Source: Camelus dromedarius (taxonomy: Eukaryota). Taken from it: 60,000 bases of DNA. The stretch covers positions 109,804,001-109,864,000 of the forward strand of contig NC_087437.1 of assembly GCF_036321535.1 (NCBI RefSeq). Reading direction: 5' to 3'. Position 1 is the first letter of the stretch, and every line of letters begins with the position of its first letter. Positions 12,785 through 24,600 of this stretch are shown in pieces. The notes under the pieces were generated by a model that was not told the DNA's origin, made no database searches, and worked only from the letters and a program-made list of their open reading frames with translations. The position numbers and the translations under genes are program-made.

Positions 12785-14004
12785 ATTAATATAAAAAGGC
12801 ACAATTTATTAATACAAAGGGCATAAAGCAGGTGGCACACATAGTCCATTTAAGCTGGAAAAATGACAAACTTTTAAATCAGATTAACAGTTGGATTACA
12901 TTTGGGGGAAACACAGAGACACAGTATTTATAGACCTTACTAAAACTGAACAAAATTGAAACAAGTGAAAATGTTATCTTTGACAGGACTGAAATGACAA
13001 TTTTTACTTAATTATTCACACAGAAGATGAAAGTTAAAAGGACAACTCATATTTGTTTTTTGGTAAGCAAATAGAAACAAAGACATTATTTTTCTGTTCT
13101 GTTATTTACATTAATAAAAACTCAAAGTTATCAAAATATTCACGCACATACGTGATTTCTTGAAAAAAATGCATTCTTCTATAACCACAAAAACTTAAGA
13201 GGAAAAAAAAAGTCACTTTCCAGCAACCTTTTATGTTTCTTAGACCATGGTTTTATCTTTCTTCTTAGAAAAGCTCTGGAAAAGCAGTTTGAATGCAAAA
13301 ATCCCTTGACAAAATATCTGCCTTTTAAAAGATGTTCATTTAATATACAAGAAAAGGAAGGCCTCTGGGGAGTGAGGATAAAGGAGTTAGGATTGCTAAC
13401 TCCTAGGCTGAAAAACGGGATATCAGAAAGCCATTTAGTCCCCTTTACGCTGCTGATTAAAGCCTTCATTTTAACCTTCATTATAAATCAAATGCATTCA
13501 TCACTAAGATGTTTTTAAACAATTAATATTAACCTTCTTCAATCTTATCCCCGGTTCCCCTGAAAAGCAATAGTCAAATTCTATCTATTCAGTGTAATGG
13601 ATCAGTATTTCATTTAAAATAGAACCATATGAGCTTGTCTCTATTTATACGAGAGACAACGTCACTCCAATCTATATACATAATGCTGTCATAGAGAAAT
13701 CACACTTGTGAAATAATCATCTTTAACAATGTCATTTTGAAGTAACTGATAAAAGGAGAAAAATGCACAAACGACTTTAGAAAACAAATTACCATGCTTT
13801 CTAGAACAGTCAAAGCCATGTGTACCATATCTCATTCCGCTGAAGTTGCTTATAGAATCATAACGAGCTGATGCACAGTTCCTGTAATTAACGTTTGACA
13901 GTTAAGAACAGCAAATCAATGTTTCTTTGGCTTCCATTTTTAGAAAACAGGGGACATTTTTATCATCTGCATGGCTTTCTAGGTAGTGGTAAAAATATAC
14001 AAAA
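12785..14004 (-). other. CLDN8: Probable CLDN8 3' UTR (~1.2 kb)
   Basis: Repeat-free AT-rich sequence from the stop codon to an AATAAA. The 3' end is inferred from the hexamer position. Confidence 0.65.
12805..12810 (-). terminator. Candidate CLDN8 polyadenylation signal (AATAAA)
   Basis: TTTATT on + (AATAAA on -), followed on the - strand by a U-rich tract (TATTCTTTCATTATTCTCCATTTTTCC). A second AATAAA lies at 12720-12725. Confidence 0.65.
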
Positions 14005-14682
14005 CTACACATACTGACTTTTGGAGTACACACTCGGTGACTTCTTCTCCATGTGATAGCTTTTCTGGGTTGTTCGGTGGGAAGGTATGGAGTACCTGTA
14101 GCTATGGCTCTTGGCATTGCTGCAAGAAACACAACAGAACAGCGCCCCTCCTGCAATCAGCACCAGCGCCGTGGTCCAGCCGATGTAGAGAGCTTCTCCA
14201 AGCTCACGTTTCTGGGCAGCATCCACTATCGGGTTGTAGAAATCTCTGATGATGGAATTGGCAACCCAGCTCACAGGGACGAGCACCACAAAGCCAGTGA
14301 CGATGAAGATGGCTCCAGCCGTTAGAAGGATGTGACCCTTCACTTTCTCGTCGTCCCCAGTGCACCTGGTGCACTTCATGCCGAGGATGGCCGTCATGAA
14401 AGCCAGGAAGGCCAGCACGGAAGCAGCACACATCAGTCCTCTGGATGCCTGTAGGTCTGGAGACAGAGCCAGCAGGGAATCGTAGATTTTGCACTGCATT
14501 CTGATGTTAGCGTGCCTCATGCAACTCATCCACAGTCCTTCCCAGAGGTTTTCAAAAACCACAATGTTGCTTCCAATGAAAGCAGACACTCTCCACTGAG
14601 GCATGACGGTGACAGCCACTGTGCCCACCATTCCAACACCACCAAGCACCAGTCCAGCGATTTGCAGGGCATAGGTAGCCAT
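14005..14682 (-). CDS. CLDN8: Claudin-8, tight-junction tetraspan protein (single-exon CDS)
   Basis: 225-aa ORF with four hydrophobic segments, the claudin signature W-x-GLW-x-C-x-C (QW...EGLWMSC...MQC) and ECL2 RDFYNP. The C-terminal tail [15 protein letters not shown]...SQYV is typical of claudin-8 and ends in a PDZ-binding YV. Strong Kozak context (GGATAATGG). Confidence 0.97.
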   Translation of the reverse strand: MATYALQIAGLVLGGVGMVGTVAVTVMPQWRVSAFIGSNIVVFENLWEGLWMSCMRHANIRMQCKIYDSLLALSPDLQASRGLMCAASVLAFLAFMTAILGMKCTRCTGDDEKVKGHILLTAGAIFIVTGFVVLVPVSWVANSIIRDFYNPIVDAAQKRELGEALYIGWTTALVLIAGGALFCCVSCSNAKSHSYRYSIPSHRTTQKSYHMEKKSPSVYSKSQYV

Positions 14683-15080
14683 TATCCTCCAGGATGAGCT
14701 TTATCCGACTGGACTCCTGAGCTGATGGTAGGGCTACTCTGAAGCAAGGTTCTCTGTGCCCCAGGAGAGAGCAGTTTTCCCGTAGTAATGAACTCAGGAC
14801 TCTGTGGTTTTTCAAACAGGAGCTGCTTGGCTACTTCTAACTAGATTAAATCCAGTGTTGGCTGGCTGAGGTGCCCCCCCACTGACAATGACAGGTAAAC
14901 TTACAAATCAGGTGGGGCAACTTTCTCAGCCAATAAGAGGGGGATGGTAACTCAGGTGTGTCTAAGCCCACAAGAGATACTTGGAATGGCTGGATCTGCA
15001 CGTAAACAGTCTTTATACTTCTCAGTTGTCCGAGAAGACAGCAGTATATTTACCTGTGGGCATAATTGTGAACGTTTGCA
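14683..15080 (-). promoter_or_regulatory. CLDN8 5' UTR and proximal promoter region
   Basis: Directly upstream of the ATG, repeat-free. Contains CCAAT (~14930, + strand), forkhead GTAAACA (15002-15008), TATAAA on - (15012-15017) and CAGGTG/CAGGTA E-boxes. The TSS cannot be fixed from sequence. Confidence 0.55.
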
Positions 15081-15842
15081 CAATCATTAAGAAATGCACC
15101 AATCCCTTGAGATGTGAAAGCTGGACCTTGTACTGGCAATTCTGAAACTCTTAGGAAGAGCTGCTGTGACTAAGGTACAAAATAAAATCTCTCCCGAAGA
15201 ATCTGTTAGGACTGTCAAAATGCCAACGTGAAAAGAGAGAAGGGGACTGATAGATTGCTCATACCTGAGAAACCACATTCTTTGGGTTGATTTAATTTGT
15301 CTACAACTTCAAAGCTAGCTCGACTGGGGTGAAATCAGGCAACAGATCCTGCCAAAGGACAAAACACAGCTAACGTAATTAACTATACAACATTGTCCTC
15401 CCCCACGGCACCAAACACATATTGTTTTCTTTTGAGCCAGGGAGACTGTTTATTGGTATTTTCCTGATGATCTTGATTTCTAAGAAAAAAAAAATTTGCA
15501 AAAACGAAAAAGAATCCATGTGATTTTCTTCTGGACTTTTCTTATGGATTCTTACGTAGCAAGATTTCACATTAGCAACTAAATGATGAGATGATTTACA
15601 GATTGCTAGTTTATTCTGTGGCTGCTCTGTCTTCTTAGACTGAAGCAACTAGAATTCGGCAGATGGTACACGAGTCCCAGGTCTATACAAATGGCTGATG
15701 TTTCTAAACAAAAATGTACAGGGCAGTGTGACTATGCTCATTGAATAGAATGATATCAGGTGTCAACTAAACTTGGCTTTACTACCATGTCTGCAGGACA
15801 AAGCAGAAGCCCCTAAATATAATACAGTTTTAACTCTTTTCA

Positions 15843-16151
15843 TTTTTTTTTTTATTGAAATATAGTCAGTTTCAAATGTGTCAATTTCTGGTGTACAGCA
15901 TAATAATTCAGTCATACATATACATACATATATTGGTTTTCATAATCTTTCTCATTGTAGGTTACTACATGATATAAATATAGTTGCCTGTGCTATACAG
16001 TATAAACTTACTGTTTATCTATTTTATATATAGTAGTGAGTATCTGCAAACCTCGAATTCTTAATTTATCCCTTCCTACCACCTCCCCTTCCCTCTCCCC
16101 ACTCCCCCAGTAACCATAAGTTTGTTTTCTATGTCTATGAGTCTGTTTCTG
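15843..16151 (-). mobile_element. Young L1 3' end (5'-truncated)
   Basis: Poly(T)-ATTGAAATATAGTCAGT...CCTGTGCTATACAG...TAACCATAAGTTTGTTTTCTATGTC, the cetartiodactyl L1 3' UTR pattern; matches other copies in the window. Confidence 0.85.
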
Positions 16152-18365
16152 ACAATGACAACAAAGATGTTAAAAATAACATACACATTGATTTGGGAAA
16201 ACTCCACTAGCTACTTCCTTCTGGAGAGCACCTGAATGCACTGTCCTGTCTTTACAAACTTCAAACTGTCCTGTAATATTCTTTCATCTTTGCATCATAA
16301 AAATGACTTTTTAAAAAAATTTTATTTCTTCTCTGCTTCCTTATAGTACTTTAAATTTGAATATGGAAGAAAGTTTCCTGCTCACTTATTAAACTTTAAA
16401 AATTTAATGGTCCAAAAGATCTGAGCGGTTTATAGAGATTAAAAAAACAGTACCTTTAAGAAGAGGAAGATGCCAAAGTAAACAGTCTTCTGAAAAAAAA
16501 AAAAATAGGAATGTCTATAGGCCAAGTTGTTATTTTAGTAGACTGCATATGTTGAAATTCAGAAAAATTAAAAATTTATATTTACAGTAATTTCCCTCAT
16601 TTGTTGGCCTGTTAAGGATGAATCTACAGCCTGTCCCTTATGCTGGCAGAAAATAATCTAGCATTTTCTCCTTCAGGCTGTAACTGATATGTTACAGATT
16701 TGTGGAGGAAGGGAAATAAGATAACCTTGGAAAAGTAATCTGCAATCTATAAAAGGAGAGTTGAAATCAAAACAGCAGATTATTATTATCTTGAATTGCC
16801 AACCCGGGAAAAGGGAATGATTTGACAGAGTTGGAAAATGAAAAAAAGAAATGACATAACTGGTGAGATATTGGCAAGCTAAAAAAAGAAAAAATATATA
16901 TACACACACACACATATATGTACATATATGTATATGTATGTGCAGGGAAGCCAATTGAAATTTCTTTTCTAAATTTATATGCAACATATTTTTTAGGAGC
17001 TCTGTTTGAACATGACAGAATATCCACATAAAAACAGGGAAACTTAAAACGGAGATAGATGCCTCTGTGTTTGAAAGCCTCCGTCCTGCATAGGAGACGA
17101 CTGATGTACTTGCTGGCTCCCTGCACTCTCAAACCTCTCTTCCCTGAAGCATTAAGCTTTAACAGGACCTTATTCCACACAAACATGTTTTCCCCATTTC
17201 AAAAATACTAGTACTTTACTCCTGAAATTTTCCTAGCCAAAAGATTAAGATCAGAATGAGAAAGCAATCTTAGGTTTGCATTGGAATAATTATATAGTTA
17301 GCTGCCCTCACAGGAACCAGGCCAGGGCATCCAGGTAGGTTTCTTATCACAGGGCAATCAGTTAACCCCACAGCATTCTGAAAAAACTGTGCCCTAAAGG
17401 TCACACAGGAAATTGAGAAAGACAGGGAAAAATGTTAATACCAGTTTGCTAGGGACAGAAAGCCCTAAATTCACAGATTAAAGAGTCAAACTCCCTGTTT
17501 ACCTACTTTTCCATAACACTGTGTCCCTGAGATGATAAACTTGCCTGCAAAATCTGGATAGCAGCATTGCTTAGAAAATGAGCAGATTATCACATTTTTA
17601 CCATTCTTTAATTCAGAACTACAGAGCAACCTGCACAGACCATTCTATCATTTGTATTTCCATTCCTATGGAAGAAACAACATATTACCAAGAACCCAAG
17701 AGAGCAAAGATGTTCATGTTGACCCACTGTGCTCCCTTTTGCTCTCTGAAGATCTCTCTTTTGTCTACACTATAGGAAGCATGATTTAAGCTTAGCAATT
17801 AAATTAACTAAATTAAATTTACTCCTGACAACCACAGAACACATGCAAATGCTTCCTCTTTATAAACCCAATGTCACCATCAGACTGCCCTTGTTTTTAT
17901 CATCCTTAACTCTCACAGCAATTAATCCTTAATCGACAACTCTTTAGTCTGGAGCTCCTATTCATTCTCATCACGACTCAAAATAATCTTTGTTTCTGTC
18001 AGTCAAGCAGTTGCCAATTCCTACGGTTTTCTGGATTTGTTTTTGTACTTATTTTTCTCTGTTGTGATTGACCGTTTCCAACTTGTATTTTTTTTTCCAC
18101 TGTCAAATAACTGTACTTGGCTGACCATCTTGTCCTGAGAAAACAAATGCACATGTCAATAGGTCTCTTTGTTTGTTGTCCCCCAAACCATCTTGTGCAT
18201 GGCCACATGTTCGTGAACTACCATCCTGTTTGTCCCTCGTGATGGCTAGCTTTCATCTCCTCTATTCTCAAAGTTATTTATCCATAAGGAGTCCTCCATA
18301 TTCGCCACCTCTCTGTGGTTTGCTCTGCTTAAAAATTAACTCCTGCCTGTGTGGTAATTGTTGAG

Positions 18366-19302
18366 TGTCTTAGTTCAGGCTGCTTTAACAAAGTACAATA
18401 GACTGGGTGGCTTAAACAACAGAAATTAGTTTTTCAGAGTTCTGGAGCCTGGGGAGTCTGAGAACAGGGGCCAGAGGGCGGGGCTGTGGTGAGAGCCCTC
18501 TCTGTGGGCTGCAGATGGCCGCCTTCTTGCTGGCCCCACCCACCCCCGGCAGAGAGAGTGAGCGAGCTCTAGTCTCCTTCTCATCCTATAAGGGCCCTAG
18601 TCCTGTTACCCCAAAAGGGAAAGGGAAAAAACCTCAGTCCTTGTCTTACCCAAGAGGTAAGATTATAGACTAGAGATGGAGAGTGTTGTATAGGAAAAGA
18701 TTTTAAAGGATTTATTTAGGAAAAGAAAAGTACTCCTCCAGGAATGGGAGGTGGGCCGATCCAAGGGGGAAAAGCAGAGGTCTTTGTCTCCCTTTTCTCT
18801 GATACTCTTGCGTAGAGATGGTGTTTTGATTGATTGATGGCTCTTGCTCCTGGAATGCTTAGTCATGTTTGTCCCCTTTGTGCATGTCCTTACTCATGGT
18901 GTACACAGAAAAACCCATGGTGGGGGGCGGGGTGCTAAACCGCAGGGTTAATTATATTACAATGGGCATTGGGTCACGTCCAGTTAAGTCCTTCTCACTA
19001 CCGTGCAGTTGCAGCTTTTGGGTTCTAAGTAGTTTCTTGCTGGCACTCATTGAGAAGAAGTCCCTTTAAGCTGGAGGAGGCATAACACCATCTTCTGGAC
19101 CACCCTTTTTTCTCCACGTATCTTCCCTGTGCCCCTACTTACCTACCTACCGAACAGTCCCACAATATGATGAGGGCTCTACTCTCATGACCTCATCTTA
19201 ACCTAATTACCTCCCATAAGCGCCACCACCAAATACCATCACACTGAGGATTAGGGATCAAGATATGAATTTTAGGGAGACACGAACCTGCAATCCCTAA
19301 CA
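18366..19302 (-). mobile_element. MLT1A-like MaLR LTR interrupted by a younger LTR
   Basis: TGTCTTAGTTCAGGCTGC...AGACTGGGTGGCTTAAACAACAGAAATT (18366-18603) resumes at 19157 with CTCATGACCTCATCTTAACCTAATTACCTCCC...TAACA. Confidence 0.88.
18604..19156 (-). mobile_element. ERV1-like solo LTR (553 bp)
   Basis: TGTT...AACA termini and a perfect GTCC 4-bp TSD; AATAAA on - near 18711. Confidence 0.85.
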
Positions 19303-19777
19303 TTTAACATCTAACATCTAAGCTACTAACAAATCCAAGCAACTAAGTTCGGATAATTCTGAAAGTTCTTTTCTTATTGCCTCAGGAGTTCTCTTTCCTC
19401 CAAAAAAAAAAAAAAAAAAAAAAAAGTGAACATCAATAAAAAACAGATAATGGTAATAATGATTATTAAAATGTTTTTTTAATCTTTCTTCTACTTCTCA
19501 TTACATTTAAAAAAATGAAATCTGAGTTGCAGTGAATTCCAACATATTTGGGAGACATATCTGTGTGGTTTATTGAGTGTAAAAACTGGAAATTCAGGGA
19601 AATATATATATATTTGTTTTAAATTAAGCATATATATATATTTTTAAAGTAAGCAATATACTCTGGGTTTTTTTTCTCCAAATTAATGAGTGATTTTTAT
19701 GGACAGAATTGACCTGAACCACCCTGCCTCTAATGATCTGGGCAAATTTTTTTAAAAAGAGCTGAAATTTGCTGGTG

Positions 19778-20120
19778 ATAGTAATAGTTACAGAGTATTA
19801 AGGGTCCCTATGTCAGAGGTTCCTTATATTTAGAAACTACATGCACATGCACTACACCTTATGTTTAGAACATCCCTGCAGGGTAGGAATAGCTCAGTGG
19901 TAGAGTGCACGGTTAGCATGCATGAGGTCCTGGGTTCAATCCCCAGTACCTCCTTTAAAAAAAAAAAGCCAGTTAAAACATCCATATAAAGTAAAGGTTA
20001 TTAGTCCTTTTATAATTAAATAAATTAAGACTCAACAGAGACTGTGCCTTTTCTAAGGTCACACAGCCTTTGCTTGATGAATTCACAGAAATAGAACCCA
20101 GATTTAGACCTAAATTTCAT
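19778..20120 (-). mobile_element. MIR hosting a younger SINE
   Basis: Antisense MIR core ...TAAGGTCACACAGC...GAACCCAG on the right of the SINE; weaker MIR-like sequence on the left. Confidence 0.6.
19881..19967 (+). mobile_element. tRNA-derived SINE (short form)
   Basis: TAGCTCAGTGGTAGAG...GGTTCAATCCCCAGTACCTCC plus poly(A); imperfect TSD TTA(G/A)AACATCC. Confidence 0.85.
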
Positions 20121-21269
20121 GATTTTTTCCTATATTGTCTACTATCTCCCAAAGGAAACTAGAGAAAGGGAATATCTTATATTAACACATATGGTCAAAG
20201 TTAATGAAAAAAAAAATTTATTCAATGCATTTTTTTTCTCACATCACATTATTGAAAACTTTTTGCATGACCAAGCTCTGTGATTTTTTTTTCAAGTATC
20301 TAATTCATTGATTTTTGAAGTATATTTCTTTGGATACTCTATTCAGAGAAATTTCTCCTGGGAAAAATCACACCACACTTAACTCCTTATTTAGAGTTTC
20401 AGAGAGGCCCCCTACTCTGAAGGCATTATTGGCCACCTTTTTCTTATCCGCCCCCATTCTTGTCTCCAATTTGGTGGTTTCTTAATTACAGACTAGGTCA
20501 TGGTACTTAATGATCTAACCAACACTGAGCACGTATTTGGCTAAAATAAGAAACAATTTCAGTGCAATGAGGTGAATCGTTTTGTTTCAGTTCCCTCAAC
20601 TTAATGTAATACAGGAAAAATTTCCTTTGTGTTTTACAGGACTTATTAGTAATCAACAGAGGTATGATATGATAATTACTTTTATTAGTCCACTAGAATT
20701 GTTCTTTTCAGTGACTCAGTAACTACTTTTCTATCTTTGACAAAGAGCCAGAAGAAAAAACTTTTTTAAGTTGCATAAAACTGCATTCCACATGGTTATT
20801 TTTAGAACTGCTTGAAAAACAATTTTTTAATTCATCTTTTCGTTTCATGTAGTAATTCTTTCTACTGAAATGTAAAAAATGATGTGCATCTTTGAATGAG
20901 GAGAACAAAGGGATCATGACAGAATTTAGACACAGTCATCATCTCCCTTAAAAGGAGACACTAATTTCTGGCCAGGTGGAGACGTCAGAAATGCTAACAG
21001 CCCATAAGAAATAGGGCCAAAAAGAAAGCAAAGCATTTCTCATAATTTTATTTTGACTCCTCACATCAAGTTCAAATCAGGTTAACTACAAAAAGGAAGA
21101 GAAAAGGAAAAAGCATGTAAGCTAATACCTTCAATATGATTACATATGCTTAATATATTTTAAGAAATGTTACATAATACTATCATGCTAATTATATGAA
21201 CTATTCAATAGATATGCAATTATATTAACAATTAAGATTATTAAATACTATAATTAATTCATTAGTTAT

Positions 21270-21632
21270 ATGATTTGATCCTCCATACCACCTTATTAGA
21301 ACAGTACTATTACTATATCAGTTCTACGAAGGGAATTCAGACTTAGGAGGTTTAAATTAATGGCCCAAGGAGGTAGAGTATAGCTCCTGTGTTAGAGCAC
21401 ATGCTTAGCATCCACAGAGGTCTGGGTTCAATCCCCAGGACCTCCTCCAAAAATAAATAAATAAATAATCCTAATTACCTCCCCCCTAAAAAATAATAAA
21501 ATAATTTTTTAATTAAAAAAATTAAAATAAATAAATAAACTTAAATGAATGGCCAAAATCTCACAACTAACTGAAGGCCATTGTAGGAACTCAACTGTCA
21601 GATACCTGAGGCCATGCTCTTGAATCACTGTG
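21270..21632 (-). mobile_element. MIR hosting a younger SINE
   Basis: TTTGATCCTCCATACCACCTTAT...GTACTATTACTAT...GAGGTTTAAAT [SINE] TCTCACAACTAA...GCCATGCTCTT. Confidence 0.65.
21369..21540 (+). mobile_element. tRNA-derived SINE
   Basis: Same family head, (AAAT)n-CCTAATTACCTCCCCCC-A-rich tail; TSD TTAAAT(T/G)AATGGCC at ~21352 and 21541. Confidence 0.85.
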
Positions 21633-24600
21633 TCATTACAGACCTGGCTGTAAACCCAACTCATTGCTTGCATGCTTTTATAGCTTTATCTCCTGCTGTC
21701 CTCTGGAACAATGCTCTGCACATGGTGAGTTTTCAGTTTTGAGCAGGATGAAGAGAAAGAAGGTGTCTCCATTTCCTACAGCAAAAGCTATTGTTCAATG
21801 TGAGAAAAAATGAAGATTTATGAGCAAAAAGGCCACATCCATGGAAAACACACATACACACATGTCCTTAGGCGCAAAGAGTATGTACGGGAGCACGAGA
21901 AATGACTTTCTCTTGGTTGGAGTTAACAGGACAGGGAAAAGTAATTAACCAAGCAAATAGAGTTAAGCCATGTTACTGATTAATTTACAAAACAATTAAC
22001 TTTCCACTTAAAATTCAAATTAAGATTCTGTCTGCCTTAGGCAACCAGTGTTTACAAATTTTAATAGGGTTAGACATAAAGTGCCTTACTTAAAACCATC
22101 TTCAGATCACACTGGGTAAGAATATTACTGGAGCACGCCATGCACAGCATTGTCAGTTTTTAGTTATTAAAAAAAAAAAGAGAGAAAATATTGCAACATA
22201 TTACAACATGCTGGACTTCCTAATATGTTTTTTGATGAGAAAATGAGGAAGATTAGAAGTTGTACAATTCCGATCTCCAATAATCAGAGAGAGTTTGTAA
22301 TTTTTGCAACATTATCAAAATGATGACTCATCAAATATCTTCTGAACATTTCCAACATTTCCAACCACCCAACAAGTATACTATGTGCAAGGCACTGTGA
22401 TTGACTCCAAGGGTCCAGAAATAAGTCATAGTCTCTGCTTTTTATGATTTTATGTATGCGGAGCACTGAAGGGGCAGTGGAAAAAAGAACTATTGGGTCA
22501 ATTACCTTTGTTACAATAAATCAAGTCTTTAAAGGTAAGAATAAAAACAATGTTCTGTTCATGATGATACAGATTTAAAAATACCAGATTTGTCTGTTCC
22601 AGAATGATAAACAAAAGCCCATCCCTGCATCCTGTAGAGAAAGGTCCATTGCAGGGAATTACAGGATGAGCACTACCAAATGTTGCTTTTGAGGACCTGT
22701 TGATAGGGCAGCTGTGTGTTTTTCTGGTCCTATGGTGTTACTGCACCACTGCAGACTCTGGCCTCCTCCAGAGCAGGACTTGCCCTGCTCTACATTACTG
22801 ATCTTCACCCAACACTCAGACCGAAGAAGACACTGGACAATCGGGTGCTGAATTGGGTCAGGGTCAGGAGTGTGGTGCTGATCTGGCCAGTAGATCTCAC
22901 TTTGTTCATGGTAAGACTCTGTACCAATGATCCAAACCATTATTTTTACTTCAAAAATGCTCACCAGTAACTACAAAAGCAGATGAAGAAAACAGCTCAT
23001 CTTCACTCTATAAAAAAGCAACTCCAAGATATTTGGAGCCTTTAAATGAAATCAAAAACCCATGATAAACACCTCCAGGAAACTGTAAACATTCAACAGA
23101 GGCAAGTCAGATGTCCTTGTGGTTACACAACTTCCTGGCTCATTCACCCTGCGATTTCTTGCTCTTATCTCCCCTTCTCTCTGACCCTTGCTCCTGAGAT
23201 CCTTCCTTAGGATTCCTGCTAGGAGGACTTGTGTGTGACAGTTGGACTGGCTTCTTGGATGTCTTTCTCAGGTGTACTTTCAGCTAGTCCTCTGGTCTCT
23301 CACACTCTTCAACATTCTCTCTCTTTCCTTTGTTACTGAACTGGTGGGTCCCACCCTGCCAGGCTTCATTCCAGGTCAAGAGCTTGGAACAGGGAAGAGG
23401 ATCTTTGTACACGGGAACAGGATGGAGAATTAGACCCAGAGTAGGTCTGAGTGATCATCTACACTCCTCATTCTATAGATGAGAGAACCAAAAATCTGTG
23501 AAGATGGGAGCCCACTCTGTTCTATCCATTCTTGTAGCAAAGTGCCTGACACACAGAACATTTTATTAAGTTTTGATACACTCAATATTTATTTAATATC
23601 ACACAAATAGTGCTGAAATCTCTATGCCCCAGTTCTTGATATCTCCTTGATGACTCTGGGTAACTAGGACACTGGAGCCAAGAAAACTGAATGTATGTGG
23701 TTTTTTTTATTGGTTTTTTTTTTCCCAATAGAATGTAAATGTTATGGGCAAGGTGACTTTGGTCTTGTCCATTAATCTCATCTCCAACCAATAGACGTTA
23801 CTTGGTTCATAGTAAAAGCTAAATTCTGGAGAGATAAATGAATACATAAATCAATAGTATAATTTAAGAAAATAAAAAACTAAGCACAGAATTTTGTTAA
23901 TCCCTTCCACATCAATTACATAACTTTGTGAGACTTTTCAGGTCAATATCTAAGCAGAGAAGAATCTAAAATATTACTTAGGTTTGGCTCTAATTGCCTC
24001 CAAATACGCACTTAGCTATACCCTCTAAGAGGTGAAATTAGCATCCCAGTGGGCTCAGGTAGTTTGTCTCAGCTTTCAAGTTTCTTAAGTATTCTCAGCA
24101 AACAGACTTCCACTGTCTTATTTGTTCTACTTCCCTCTCTCTTCTAAGTCCCCATTTTTTCTAGTGCTTACTATTATTAATCTAAAACTCATCCAATTAT
24201 CTTGGCAAATATTGGTGGACTGGGAGTCTAGGTTACCATTTCTGTTAAATATGTAATTTTAATATACTAGGGAATTAGCAATTATTATTCTCTACAGATA
24301 CTAACAATAATAGAAAAAAGATACAATATAGAATATTAAGAAATTAATAAATATAATGCACTTACATATATTTTTTAATTTTAGAAAGAGCTTGTCTGTA
24401 TCTTTCATACATTTTCTCATTGGAAAAAGTAAAATTTACTCCCCTTGCTACTGTTTAGAAGTTGTTCTGATGTCTTTGGGAAATTTTTACCTTTCTTTGC
24501 CCACCTCCAAAGTGGAATTCTTAGGAGTTAATGCTGTTGCAGGAAGGGGTTTCATTTAGAAGGCATGTTAAGCTACTTAAATGCTAGTCTCAGTTGCATC

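Noticed and set aside
13902..14815. Overlapping alternative-frame and antisense ORFs around CLDN8, including a possible uORF
   Set aside because: Shadows of the GC-richer CDS. The 14552-14815 ORF starts at TTG, and I saw no upstream ATG in the first ~170 nt of leader.
16673..17186. 139-aa and 118-aa minus-strand ORFs
   Set aside because: They run through TA/CA repeats and T tracts, with low-complexity products.
19881..19955. tRNA-Ala-like sequence as a tRNA gene (also 12245, 21369, 34878)
   Set aside because: A-rich tails, TSDs and substitutions in the stems show these are SINE copies.
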